From the IMG/VR virus record IMGVR_UViG_3300047585_000208, positions 32,001 through 96,000 of that record: DNA of 64,000 nt; one strand, given 5' to 3'. Positions within the stretch are counted from its first letter, which is position 1; the number at the start of each line of letters is the position of its first letter. Shown here piece by piece: positions 1 through 9,946 of this stretch. Source of the stretch: a virus. The position numbers and the translations under genes were made by a program. The notes below the pieces were generated by a model, which saw only the letters and a list, made by a program, of their open reading frames with translations, was not told the origin of the DNA and made no database searches.

Positions 1-35
1 GCTTAGTTGAGTAATGCATTACTCAGATAAAAACT

Positions 36-773
36 ATGGACGATTATCTAGAGCCCCATTTTGCAGAGCCATTTAAGGCCTGGCAAGCTAAGCCGACGTC
101 AGACGCTACTAGCTCGCTCCTAAAAGCTATTAATCCAGTCCTAGACGCGGCTGTAAGAACCTATGGCGGTAGTAAAGCTAGTCCTACGCTAAAGAGCCAC
201 GCTAAAGTTATGGCGCTTGACGCCCTAAAGCGCTACGACCCTTCCAGAGCTAAACTCCGTACCCATCTAATGGTTCAGTTGCAAGGTCTTAGGCGTGTGT
301 CTGCTAAAGAAGGCCAAATGGTCTCAATCCCTGAGCGCGTAGCGCTGCACCTTGGAATGCTGCACTCTGCTGAGAATGAACTCAAAGATCAGCTTGGTCG
401 TGATCCGTCTGATATTGAGCTAGCTGACCACACAAAGCTGTCTACAAAAAGAATTGCTTATATTCGGCAAGCTAAGCCTACTTACGCCGAAGGGCAATTT
501 ATGAGTCAGTCCGAAGAGGGCGGAGAAGAGCTAATCCATCCAGCTACAGCTGGGCTAAATGACGAACACTGGGTCAAATACGTTCACAGCGACCTCAGCC
601 CAACAGATCAAGTTATCCTTGAGCACTCTCTTGGGCTCTTTGGTAAGCGAAAATTGAATAAGGGCGCTATTGCTCGCAAACTCAATATGAGCGGCGGCGC
701 TGTTACTCAAAGAGCAGCTAAGATTCAATCGATGCTGGATAAAGGTAGTCAACTCGGGGCGGGATTAATTTAA
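36..773 (+). CDS. Sigma-70 family RNA polymerase sigma factor (FliA/SigF-like)
   Basis: Region-2-like ALKRYDPSRAKLRTH, region-3 LKDQLGRDPSDIELA, C-terminal HTH IARKLNMSGGAVTQR. Confidence 0.8.
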   Translation: MDDYLEPHFAEPFKAWQAKPTSDATSSLLKAINPVLDAAVRTYGGSKASPTLKSHAKVMALDALKRYDPSRAKLRTHLMVQLQGLRRVSAKEGQMVSIPERVALHLGMLHSAENELKDQLGRDPSDIELADHTKLSTKRIAYIRQAKPTYAEGQFMSQSEEGGEELIHPATAGLNDEHWVKYVHSDLSPTDQVILEHSLGLFGKRKLNKGAIARKLNMSGGAVTQRAAKIQSMLDKGSQLGAGLI

Positions 774-1205
774 ATGCCTATCGGACATCTGGATTCAAAT
801 TATGTCGCCCAGAGTAATACACTCGCGGACTACGGCACAACTGACGGTGATGCCAACCTTGAACAAGATCAGCGAATGTGGATGGTCCCAGAGCTAAATG
901 GGGCTTCTTGGGATATTCCTGGCTGGGCAGCTGCTTATTCACGAAAAGGCATTGGAGATGTTTATACCCAGGTCTTGTCTTACCCGAGTGGCTCAGCTGG
1001 CGACGCGATGGCTATGAAGATGCAATCGGATTATGTGGCTACTCAAGAGCGAGCTTATAGGCTTAGGCAGCTTAGCCCAGTTAGGGCTTGTATGCATGCG
1101 GCAGCTCGCAGGCTAGGCCATGGGCAAGACAACGGTATATTTGGTCGAATTGATTCTACTATCCAAGACGTAATTGCTGCTGGCGCAGCAGGATTTTCGA
1201 GTTAG
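774..1205 (+). CDS. Hypothetical phage protein
   Basis: 143 aa ORF abutting the sigma factor stop codon. Confidence 0.6.
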   Translation: MPIGHLDSNYVAQSNTLADYGTTDGDANLEQDQRMWMVPELNGASWDIPGWAAAYSRKGIGDVYTQVLSYPSGSAGDAMAMKMQSDYVATQERAYRLRQLSPVRACMHAAARRLGHGQDNGIFGRIDSTIQDVIAAGAAGFSS

Positions 1206-1207
1206 CA

Positions 1208-1765
1208 ATGCCAGATATTCTGGTTTACACCACTAGCTCAGACGGTCAAATTCTTGTCACCTCAGTTGGGTCGACTCAAGGTATCCCTGCAATTACGCCT
1301 TCGGGGCAGATTACAGCCCCGGCTACTCCGACCTACGTTCAATCCTTAACGCTTAGCTTTGTCCAGCCTGGAACGAACGATCAGTTGATTTTTGGTCCCG
1401 GCTACAGCGGTTTTACTATCCAGGGTGGTCAAAAGCTTGTTCAGCGCTTTCTTCTTCAGTTGTTGACAGTTCAAGGGTCGATTCTCTATAGGCCGCAAAT
1501 TGGAACGAACTTTGTTCCTGAGCTTCAAACGCCTCTTGGCTCAAACGAGTCAGACGTCTTTGCTGCTTTCGCCGCTGCGATGCTTACTCTAGGCCCAAAT
1601 ATGTGGGCAGAGGAGCTTGTTACTGATCCGCCAGACGAACGCTTCTCTAGCGCGACCATGACTCAGCTAACAGTTGGCTCTGGGTCACTCTCTGCTACGA
1701 TTGTGATAGTTAGCTTGGCAGGCGGTACTCAAACGATGTCGCTTCCGCTGAACTTTGCAATTTGA
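1208..1765 (+). CDS. Baseplate wedge protein, gp25-like
   Basis: KLVQRFLLQLLTVQGSILYRPQIGT resembles the gp25/GPW motif; lies directly upstream of a baseplate J-like gene. Confidence 0.6.
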   Translation: MPDILVYTTSSDGQILVTSVGSTQGIPAITPSGQITAPATPTYVQSLTLSFVQPGTNDQLIFGPGYSGFTIQGGQKLVQRFLLQLLTVQGSILYRPQIGTNFVPELQTPLGSNESDVFAAFAAAMLTLGPNMWAEELVTDPPDERFSSATMTQLTVGSGSLSATIVIVSLAGGTQTMSLPLNFAI

Positions 1766-1796
1766 GTAATGCGTTACTCAACTTTAGGCCTGGATT

Positions 1797-3437
1797 ATGA
1801 CGTTAACTATTACAGACCTGAATACGCTAAACCAACAGCAGGTCGAGCAGATGCGCCAACTGCTCACTCAGCTGCTCTCTGAGTACAACCCTAATGCCGG
1901 GCTTGAGATGGGTCCAACCCAGGACCTTATCGTTACGCCGAAGGCCGTTCTTGACACTGCAACTCAAAACAATATCAATTTAGTCGTTCAATCTAGCAGC
2001 CTTGCGGCAATCGTTGCAAACCCGGCTCTTGGTGATCCAACTACAGTCGCTAACCTTCTTTCGAACTACGGCATTACCCCTACGGCAGCTGCCCCTGCAA
2101 GCGGGAATGTCACTATTCTTTTAAGCACTCTTATTCCTACTGTTATTCCGTCTACTACAGTTTTTACAATTAGTGGTCAGACATTCCAACCAGCGCAAAC
2201 TTATTCTGCAAGAGTGTCTTCTACCCTTGTGCAACTTTCAACTGATGTGCTGATTTCCCAGCTTGGCAACTATTACGCTTTTACTATTCCTGTAACTGCT
2301 GTAACTGCCGGTTCTGCTGGAAACGTTACCCTTGGCTCTCCTGCAACTCTTTCTCAAAATCCTGGTTCTTTTGTAAGCGCTTATGCTTCAACTAGCTTTT
2401 CTGGCGGCACAGACGCCGAATCTAATTCTCAATTAGTTACTCAGCTTCAGTCTGGGCTCGCGGCTAAAGCCTGGGGAAACCGGGTTACAGCCGCAGCCCA
2501 GATAACTCAGCAGTTTCCTTCTGTAACTGAGACGTCGATCATTGGCTTTGGCGATCCAGAGATGCTCAGAGATGAGCATTCAATCTGGCCAGGACATACA
2601 GGTGGTCGAACGGATACTTATATCCAAACAGCGCCAATACAGCAGTACGTAACTGTCACTGAAACCGCTACCCTTATTGCTACAGCTGGTAACGTTGGAA
2701 CTTGGCAGTTTCAAATAGCTCGCGATGATGCTCCTGGCTTCTATGAAGTTACTCAAATATTGACACCGTCAATGCCCTTGACCGCTCAAGGCTTCCTTCC
2801 GGCTAGCGATGTTAGAGGATTTGATCTTTCAATAGACTCAACCCATACTTACATTCCAGACATTATTTCTCCGCTGGAAGCAGCTTATACCGAATTCCAA
2901 ACTTCAACGATTACCTTCATCGATACAGTCACGAGCGTTTCAGGGTTAACTGTCGGAGTGGCAACTGCTCCTTACCAAGTTGTAATGAGTCTAATGCCCC
3001 AGATTGACACGATTCAGGCTTTTCTTGGGCTGAGGACAAACCGACCTCCGATGGGTGATGTTCTAGTCAGAGGTGCTGTTCCGTGCTTTACTGGAGTTTC
3101 TCTGACGCTGAATGTAATATCAGCTTCAACGCTCACAGTCGCAGCAGTTCAGGCAGCGCTTGCGTCAGCTGTGAATAGCCAGGGGTTTGTAGGAAGCCTA
3201 GCTGCCTCCTTTATCAATCAAGTCTTGCATAACCTGGCCGGAACTAGCCTGGTATCGGTAAGCGGTCTTTCGATGACTGGTAGGATTAGGCGACCCGATG
3301 GGGTTAATGTCTTTGTCAATAGCTCAACAGTCCTGAGCGTTCCGAGTTCACCGCAGGTTATGTCAACGGCCAATACTGTGTTATTCTTACTAAGTCCAAG
3401 TAACGTGGCAGTGAACCTAGTCACGGTATCAAGTTAG
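1797..3437 (+). CDS. Baseplate J / gp6-like wedge protein
   Basis: ASGNVTI...IPSTTVF, VTAVTAGSAGNV and FSGGTDAESNSQL match the Baseplate_J pattern. Confidence 0.75.
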   Translation: MTLTITDLNTLNQQQVEQMRQLLTQLLSEYNPNAGLEMGPTQDLIVTPKAVLDTATQNNINLVVQSSSLAAIVANPALGDPTTVANLLSNYGITPTAAAPASGNVTILLSTLIPTVIPSTTVFTISGQTFQPAQTYSARVSSTLVQLSTDVLISQLGNYYAFTIPVTAVTAGSAGNVTLGSPATLSQNPGSFVSAYASTSFSGGTDAESNSQLVTQLQSGLAAKAWGNRVTAAAQITQQFPSVTETSIIGFGDPEMLRDEHSIWPGHTGGRTDTYIQTAPIQQYVTVTETATLIATAGNVGTWQFQIARDDAPGFYEVTQILTPSMPLTAQGFLPASDVRGFDLSIDSTHTYIPDIISPLEAAYTEFQTSTITFIDTVTSVSGLTVGVATAPYQVVMSLMPQIDTIQAFLGLRTNRPPMGDVLVRGAVPCFTGVSLTLNVISASTLTVAAVQAALASAVNSQGFVGSLAASFINQVLHNLAGTSLVSVSGLSMTGRIRRPDGVNVFVNSSTVLSVPSSPQVMSTANTVLFLLSPSNVAVNLVTVSS

Positions 3438-3449
3438 CGGGGTTGAATC

Positions 3450-4286
3450 ATGCGTTTGTTTAGAATTGCTGCGATTATCCTTCTGCTGTTGCCAGTCGGC
3501 GCTTTGACTTGTGCTGAAAGTAAGAAAGTGCTCGTCTCGGCTCCAGAATTTAAACTGCCAGACCAGCCTCCGGTTACTCCGCCCGTGCCAGTTCAGCCGC
3601 CGACCCCGGTTCAACCTCCGGCGCCTGTCCAGCCACCAGCTCCACCAGCGCCTACTCCTGATGAATTTCAAGAAATTACTCCTCCTACTAGTTCTAAAGT
3701 GGCTGGTCTAGAGATCACCAGTGACCGCACACTTTCTGCGAGTACGAAATTTATTCTCTTAACAGCTAAAACAGACACCGCTAATCAAAAAATCAAGTGG
3801 CTTGTTTTTGGTTCGAATCCTTCTTTGCCTCCTTCCGCGCTTGTTTCGCCAAGTGGAAAAAGTGTTCTGGTGTTCCCTGGCTCTCTGAATGACGATCTTA
3901 TTGCTGTACTAGCTTATACAAGCGTTAATGGGGTCCCGTCCGATACTGTGGTTTGTAAACTGACCTTGCAGGCTACCCCAGTTATTCCGCCAACCCCAAC
4001 TAAACAGGGTCTTAAAGGCACTATTCACTGCACTGTTGTAATTGATCCAAGTGTCAAGTTTGAGATGCCTGCAGTTTTTCAAGCGGCTATGCAATCTGCA
4101 AACGTTCGGATTTATACAAAGAGCACACTGGATCTTCCTGAAGCTATGCGTCCAGCTCTCGCTCGCGCCGGTGGTACTCCAGCTTTGATTACTCAAGATA
4201 GCGATGGGACAATCGTCGCTAGTGAAAAAATTGGAAATATTGAAGATATTTCAAATCGGGTCGCTGCTTTGCGACAGGGCTTATAA
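3450..4286 (+). CDS. Secreted protein with Pro-rich linker
   Basis: Signal peptide and PVQPP repeats; C-terminal GGTPALITQDSDG is weakly thioredoxin-like. Confidence 0.55.
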   Translation: MRLFRIAAIILLLLPVGALTCAESKKVLVSAPEFKLPDQPPVTPPVPVQPPTPVQPPAPVQPPAPPAPTPDEFQEITPPTSSKVAGLEITSDRTLSASTKFILLTAKTDTANQKIKWLVFGSNPSLPPSALVSPSGKSVLVFPGSLNDDLIAVLAYTSVNGVPSDTVVCKLTLQATPVIPPTPTKQGLKGTIHCTVVIDPSVKFEMPAVFQAAMQSANVRIYTKSTLDLPEAMRPALARAGGTPALITQDSDGTIVASEKIGNIEDISNRVAALRQGL

Positions 4287-4327
4287 TTAGAAAGTGATCT
4301 CTAAACTTTTACTTGCGGGGAATCAAA

Positions 4328-4621
4328 ATGAATGGGTCTAAAGCGTCTTTGGAAACTCGTGGTGCCTCGGTTGGGTTGTCGGCTGTCCAAATTTTGCAGC
4401 TCATTGAGCAATACGGCGTGCCAGCGGCTGAAGCTATTATTCAAGCCCTTGCAAGCGGTGGCACTGGCGCGCTAAGAGCTAACGACGCCTCTTCTCCAGT
4501 TATCTGGGCCAAGTCCGCTATCGTTACACTGCTTAAGCAGTATCACGATCAGATCTTGGCTACCATGAACGAGGCTGAAGGTCAAGCGCTTGATTTGTTG
4601 ATTGCCGCGCTTTCGAAGTGA
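4328..4621 (+). CDS. Small hypothetical protein
   Basis: ATG preceded by a GGGGA RBS-like sequence; amphipathic helices. Confidence 0.5.
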   Translation: MNGSKASLETRGASVGLSAVQILQLIEQYGVPAAEAIIQALASGGTGALRANDASSPVIWAKSAIVTLLKQYHDQILATMNEAEGQALDLLIAALSK

Positions 4622-4670
4622 CGATTTCTTCGCCTGGCGCTACCAGCTTCTAGTTAGTGGCGCCTACCTT

Positions 4671-4741
4671 GCGGGTATAGTTCAAGGGTAGAACCCTAGT
4701 TTTCCAAACTAGTCACGTCGGCTCGACTCCGACTACCCGCT
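4671..4741 (+). tRNA. tRNA-Gly (anticodon TCC)
   Basis: Acceptor stem GCGGGTA/TACCCGC, D-arm GTTC/GAAC, anticodon arm CTAGT-TTTCCAA-ACTAG, T-arm GTCGG-CTCGACT-CCGAC; CCA not encoded. Confidence 0.9.
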
Positions 4742-4779
4742 ATAAGCTGAGTAACGCATTACTCAAATGAGTGCGCACA

Positions 4780-6726
4780 ATGGCGGCAAGGCTGCCGATA
4801 CTTTTGGCCTTTCTTTTAGCTTTGGCAGCTTTGCCAGCCCTCGCTCAGCCTCCACAAACTCCTCCATTAGTTCGCGGTGACACCACCAGAGCTCGAAGAG
4901 CTGTTCGCGAGTGGAAACTCGATGATAAGCTCTTTTCTCCTAACGACGATTCGACTGCGGCCCTTTTTGATCTTGAGCAGCTTTATCAAATGAAGTTGGC
5001 CTCTAGAGGCCTTGTAACAGACGCCAAAGCTGCTGCAGCCGCTGAGCGCTACGTCTTAGACGAATTATCAACAATTCGTTATCTGTCTTTAGCTAACATC
5101 CCTTCTGCGATGCGTTCAGAGATGTGGGAGCTGGTTAGCTTCTGGGTTAACTCCCTCTCGCGAACTCCGGACATAATTCGCCCCGCGCTGGGAGGTCCAT
5201 CAAACACACTCATTCGCATTGATCTGTCTGACTACGACATCCGCGGAACTGATTGGGATACACTCGCTGTTCAGGAGCCTTATCACAACCAAGACATTAC
5301 TGTTATCAGCTCTAAAACTCCAGCTATCACGACTAAAGCTGCTCCAGGGACGATTGTCATCTTGACGCAGCCAGGCGCAGACATTTCAGTAGATGGTACT
5401 TTTATTGGTAAAGGTCCTGAGCTTAAACGGACAACCGCAGTCCTTGAAGTTGATTCTCAGTACTTCTACAATGTCACATCGACCTGGACAGAGGACGGCA
5501 AGCAGCGCAAAGCTACTCAAAGAGCTACGATGCAAGCCGGTAAGACAACTACAGTTGATCTGCGAAAAGAAGGCGAACAGAACGAGCTTGTAGTTGTTTC
5601 TAGTGGTAAGACTGTTCGGGCAATGGCTGCTTGGATTAACCCGGAAGTTAATAAACGGCTAGCTTTCCTTACCGGATCAGCGGCTCCAGTCACCAGAGCT
5701 GACTGGTGGCTTGCTAATGCTTCAGTTGCTCCTGCCTACTATGACTTGCTCAGGATTAAGACTCTCGACGACTTCAAAGCTTTAGTTGCTTTTGATAAGA
5801 AAGCTGAAGACTTAAAAGAAATTCGTGCCACTGTTGTTAAAAGCGGCTCTGGTGGAGTCTCAACACCGGTGGCCCGCAATAACCGCATCTTATCGCGATC
5901 CCCTACATTTCAGGGGAACTATTGGCAGACCTTTGATTTTCTGACCTCTATCAAAGCTGCAAACGTAATCAATAATTTCCTGAACATTAAAGCTGGAAAA
6001 GAAAACTCGTTTGAAGTTGGCGAGCTGTCTGGGCTTAAGAACGCTAAAGAGTGGTTGAAGCAAGCTCGCGCACATCTAGTTGGCTTTAAAGATGCCTCTG
6101 AGATTATTGGAAATTTGCCTAACGGACTTCAGGCTTATCTATTGACAGACGGCCAAGACAAGGTAATCAATGAAGCGGACATTAAGATTGCCTACGACCT
6201 TGGAGCTGCCGATTTGCGGGTAAGGTCAGCCAGAAGCTGTGTTACTTGCCACACCAACGGACACCAGAAGTTTTTGAGCCATTTTCAGTTAGAAGTATCG
6301 CCTAAGTCGGCAATCGATCTTGGGATTTACCTTAACGATGAAAAGAGAGTTAGAGCACTAGTCCAGTACATCCGGTCTTCATATGGAACCCCTGAATTTG
6401 AAGACTACATTCAAAACGATCAAACTCTGTACCGTAAAGCGGTAGCAGCTTCTAATGGGGCAGAAGCTCCAAAGAACGCAGCCAGCTTTAATTATTTTTA
6501 TAACTCTTACGCAGAGGTCGATTTAGACCTCACTCGGGTTTGCCTTGAAATCGGCCTTCAGCCAAACGAAGTAAAAGCGCTGCTTACGCTGCGGCCAAAC
6601 GGCGCTAATAACGGGGTTTTAATTCAGCAACTTCTTCAGCCGCCTATCGCTATTAGGCGCGATCAATTTGAAGAAGCATTTTCGGATTTGGCTATGTTGT
6701 CATTGCTATTAAAAAAACATCCGTAA
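4780..6726 (+). CDS. Secreted c-type heme protein with TIGR03000-like domain (planctomycete type)
   Basis: Signal peptide; GADISVDG...YFYNVTSTWTEDGKQ...QAGKTTTVDL resembles TIGR03000; CxxCH motif SCVTCH. Confidence 0.65.
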   Translation: MAARLPILLAFLLALAALPALAQPPQTPPLVRGDTTRARRAVREWKLDDKLFSPNDDSTAALFDLEQLYQMKLASRGLVTDAKAAAAAERYVLDELSTIRYLSLANIPSAMRSEMWELVSFWVNSLSRTPDIIRPALGGPSNTLIRIDLSDYDIRGTDWDTLAVQEPYHNQDITVISSKTPAITTKAAPGTIVILTQPGADISVDGTFIGKGPELKRTTAVLEVDSQYFYNVTSTWTEDGKQRKATQRATMQAGKTTTVDLRKEGEQNELVVVSSGKTVRAMAAWINPEVNKRLAFLTGSAAPVTRADWWLANASVAPAYYDLLRIKTLDDFKALVAFDKKAEDLKEIRATVVKSGSGGVSTPVARNNRILSRSPTFQGNYWQTFDFLTSIKAANVINNFLNIKAGKENSFEVGELSGLKNAKEWLKQARAHLVGFKDASEIIGNLPNGLQAYLLTDGQDKVINEADIKIAYDLGAADLRVRSARSCVTCHTNGHQKFLSHFQLEVSPKSAIDLGIYLNDEKRVRALVQYIRSSYGTPEFEDYIQNDQTLYRKAVAASNGAEAPKNAASFNYFYNSYAEVDLDLTRVCLEIGLQPNEVKALLTLRPNGANNGVLIQQLLQPPIAIRRDQFEEAFSDLAMLSLLLKKHP

Positions 6727-6764
6727 CGCTATAATCAAGTTAGTACCAAATTAAAGGAACTCAA

Positions 6765-7454
6765 ATGCGCTCGCTCATTGCTTCTATTGTTCTTGTTTGC
6801 TCGACCTCGGTTGCTTCGGCACAATGCGGTATTCACAACTCGTATGTGCCTAGCTATACTCCGACTTATACTCCAACAGTCGTTCACGATACGACTACGA
6901 TCATTGTTGCTTCGCCTGCGGTCTTCACAGTTGCGGTTCCAGTAGTTTCATATTTGTACGGAAACGGCTATAGCCCGGCCTTCGCGGCTGTTCCTGCAGC
7001 TCCCGGTTTCCCGGGTATGATTGCCCCGCAAGCCCCCGCAGCTCAAGCCCCGCAATCGCTAGAGTTGTCTGATGCCGCGATTGACAAACTGATTGACCGG
7101 ATTGAAAAGCGCCTTCAACAGCGACAACCCGTTCAGCCTGTTCAGCCGATTCAACAGCCTATTGTTCAGCCAAGTCCTCCGCCAGTTAAAACATCGATGT
7201 CGGTCGATGAAATTAACACTCGTGCAGTTGTAGCTCTTCGAACCAGCTGTGCAGCTTGCCACGGCGGTCAAACTGTGAAAGGGGGTGTTAGAATCTTTAC
7301 TCCCGAAGGCCAATTGGCAGCGAACCTTAATCGCTCGCGAATCGTCAATGCGATTGAGTCCGGTGAAATGCCTAAATTGACTGACCCGCGGTTTTCCGTG
7401 CCGGATATTACTGACTACGATCTGGCAATACTCCGCGCTTGGGTTAAAACTTGA
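6765..7454 (+). CDS. Secreted planctomycete-type cytochrome c domain protein
   Basis: Signal peptide, Pro/Gln linker, SCAACHGG, distal Met in ESGEMP, C-terminal ILRAWV. Confidence 0.75.
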   Translation: MRSLIASIVLVCSTSVASAQCGIHNSYVPSYTPTYTPTVVHDTTTIIVASPAVFTVAVPVVSYLYGNGYSPAFAAVPAAPGFPGMIAPQAPAAQAPQSLELSDAAIDKLIDRIEKRLQQRQPVQPVQPIQQPIVQPSPPPVKTSMSVDEINTRAVVALRTSCAACHGGQTVKGGVRIFTPEGQLAANLNRSRIVNAIESGEMPKLTDPRFSVPDITDYDLAILRAWVKT

Positions 7455-7493
7455 TAGTATAACGGTAGACAAAATTCTCGCTAAAGGTGACTT

Positions 7494-8120
7494 ATGATTC
7501 GAACGATTGCTGCTTTTCTGGTTGGAAGTATCCTCGCTGTTATCCCGGCTGAGGCTCAAGCCATTGGTATTCATCGCACAATCGCCATTCGGCGCGCAGA
7601 GCGCCAATTGGCGATTGCTCAAGCGATTGCTGCGTCTCGTTCAGTTATTGTGGCGCCTACGGTTGTTAATCACGTCGTTCGCAATTCTGCAATCGTGGTT
7701 ACCCCGGCTGTGTCGGTTGTTCACTCGATTGCACCGAGTTACGTCGCGCCGGTGGCTTTCAGCGCGCCAGTTTCTTACGGGGTCGTGCCAAGCGCAGTTG
7801 CTTCCACGGCTTTCCAGGCTTCGCCACCGGTCGCGAGCTGTGCTGCGACGTCGTTCGCGGCCCCGGTTGTACCGAGCTGTCCACTGACGACCAGACTTGT
7901 TAGTTCTTACTCCCTGCCTGTTAGCGGCTCGGTCGGTTATAGTGGGCTGAGCGCTATTGGCTTCAATCATGCGGGTTCTGTAGTTAACTCACTGGTTAGT
8001 GGGTCTAGATTTGGTATTACAGGCGGCGGGTTCGGGTTTGGTTTTAGCCCGTTTGGCTTTAACACCTTTAACCCGTTCTTTGGATTTGGTTTCGGCCGAG
8101 GCTTTGGTTTCCGGCTGTAA
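7494..8120 (+). CDS. Secreted low-complexity protein (Val/Ala/Ser-rich, GF-rich tail)
   Basis: Signal peptide with AEA cleavage site; C-terminal GFGFG repeats. Confidence 0.55.
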   Translation: MIRTIAAFLVGSILAVIPAEAQAIGIHRTIAIRRAERQLAIAQAIAASRSVIVAPTVVNHVVRNSAIVVTPAVSVVHSIAPSYVAPVAFSAPVSYGVVPSAVASTAFQASPPVASCAATSFAAPVVPSCPLTTRLVSSYSLPVSGSVGYSGLSAIGFNHAGSVVNSLVSGSRFGITGGGFGFGFSPFGFNTFNPFFGFGFGRGFGFRL

Positions 8121-8176
8121 CCTGGATGGATGCTCCTCGGCTGGTCACTTCGCTCCTCGGTGACTAGCCTTCTTTC

Positions 8177-8223
8177 GCGGCTGATGCGGTTCCCTCCTTG
8201 CCGCATCAGTCGCTTTTATTTTT
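8177..8223 (+). terminator. Rho-independent terminator
   Basis: Stem GCGGCTGATGCGG/CCGCATCAGTCGC followed by TTTTATTTTT. Confidence 0.7.
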
Positions 8224-8238
8224 AGCTGAGGTTGTGCT

Positions 8239-9945
8239 GTGGCTCTCTGGGAATTCCCCACAACGTCGCTTGACTCCTTAGCCACTTTTCAGGCGTTCTC
8301 TTCGTCTTATTGGATTGCTGGTCTATTTGGTTCTATCGAGAACATTCTCGATATCAACAATCTTTTCAAAGTTGTTGAAACGCAATTACTAGAACAAAGC
8401 CAGGAGATGCAGGCTTCAGTTGGGCTACAAACCTGCCCAGTCTGGCATACCAGCTGCTGGTATCCAGTAACAATCTTTCAGTCACAAGGAACCCCGGGAA
8501 ATCCGCTCCTATACGGCGCAGGGGAGCTTTATGGGCCACAACCATCAAATCAACCCTCCAGCCCCGTCTCAAGCTTAACTGGGCAATCTATAGGCCTACT
8601 CAGCGCGATCACCTACAGCTCTAACCAGCCACAACCCATTCCTACGAACGGATTGACCTATCTTTACGGCCAAAACCTTGACTCAACAATCAAATATCCT
8701 CTTCCAGGCGAAGTCAGCGAAGCTCTCTATCTTGCGAGTGGTATAACCAATCCGAGCGTAACCTGGGCTTTAGGGGTGGATTTCGAAATAGCGTCTGGTG
8801 AGTCCTTAATCCTTACCCAGAACCCTTTCAGTAATGCATTACTCAACCCAACTGCTGTTACCAACACTTTGGGCGATATTATCGATTACTCATTAACTCT
8901 GTGGTTATTCCGTGCCAAACTTGACTGGGGCTATCTTTACCAGAACTTCGGTTCTGTCTTAGGGATTGGTCAAAGTTTGCCCAGTACTCCGAATTACAAA
9001 AGGTTATTGGAAGCTTACTGGTCTTCGGCTCAAGGAACCACATATGAAAACGTAGTGGAAGCTTTGAGCGCAATGTGCGACGTTCCTTTTGTGAAGTCAA
9101 CTGGTGAAACAGTTGAAATAATTTCTGAAGATAGCGAAAACCTTCTAATCATCACAGATCAACAAGTTTACAAGTTGGCCTTAACAGCTAATCCTTTAGT
9201 GCAAATTGGGCAAACACTAGTTGAAGGACAAGCTTTAGCAGACTCTGTTCAAATCTTTGAGCCTCGTAGAGGCATCCTTCCAAGCGTAATTGGACAAATC
9301 ACACTAGATGACGAGTTTCTGTTAACTGACCTTTCAAACATTCTCGTGTTCGCGAATGTAAACGAGTCGCTGAATGTTCAAACTAACGTCCAAGGTTATA
9401 CGAAGCTCAGCTGGAACCTTGGGGGCTTTCCATCCGACATTGCGACCTTCTTCTCAGATCTTCATGAAAACGGCGTAGAGGCTGGTAATACACTCGCTAA
9501 CTACCTCAGAACTAGCAATGAGCCTTATCCCTGGAGCCTAGAAGAAACTATTTGGTCTAATTGGCAAGTGCCTTGGGGCCAGACTCAGCCACTACCAACG
9601 CTTAACTGGAGTGACGAATCAACTGTTTGGTGGTTATGGAAGCAGCCGTGGGGGCAAGGTGGACCAACCAATCAGCCAACTGCATCTCAACTGCCTACCA
9701 ATATCAACCCAGCTCAGTTTTTAGTTGCTAACGTACTTCGGGATGATTGCTTACTTATTTCGGTTAAACCAGACGAGTTTGGACCAGCTGCACTAGGTCT
9801 TCAGTATTCCTGGGTATTTCGCGAGATGCTTCCACCCCAGACTACTGCGATAATTATTGGAGAAGTGGCTGGTTATGTCGATACGTGTAACGCCGTAGCT
9901 GGGGCCACCTCAAGCTACACAGTAATGGCTGTTCCGGGGCAATGA
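8239..9945 (+). CDS. Putative baseplate/tail structural protein
   Basis: 568 aa, acidic and Thr/Ser-rich; position within the baseplate cluster; LYQNFGSVLG motif. Confidence 0.5.
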   Translation: MALWEFPTTSLDSLATFQAFSSSYWIAGLFGSIENILDINNLFKVVETQLLEQSQEMQASVGLQTCPVWHTSCWYPVTIFQSQGTPGNPLLYGAGELYGPQPSNQPSSPVSSLTGQSIGLLSAITYSSNQPQPIPTNGLTYLYGQNLDSTIKYPLPGEVSEALYLASGITNPSVTWALGVDFEIASGESLILTQNPFSNALLNPTAVTNTLGDIIDYSLTLWLFRAKLDWGYLYQNFGSVLGIGQSLPSTPNYKRLLEAYWSSAQGTTYENVVEALSAMCDVPFVKSTGETVEIISEDSENLLIITDQQVYKLALTANPLVQIGQTLVEGQALADSVQIFEPRRGILPSVIGQITLDDEFLLTDLSNILVFANVNESLNVQTNVQGYTKLSWNLGGFPSDIATFFSDLHENGVEAGNTLANYLRTSNEPYPWSLEETIWSNWQVPWGQTQPLPTLNWSDESTVWWLWKQPWGQGGPTNQPTASQLPTNINPAQFLVANVLRDDCLLISVKPDEFGPAALGLQYSWVFREMLPPQTTAIIIGEVAGYVDTCNAVAGATSSYTVMAVPGQ

Positions 9946-9946
9946 C

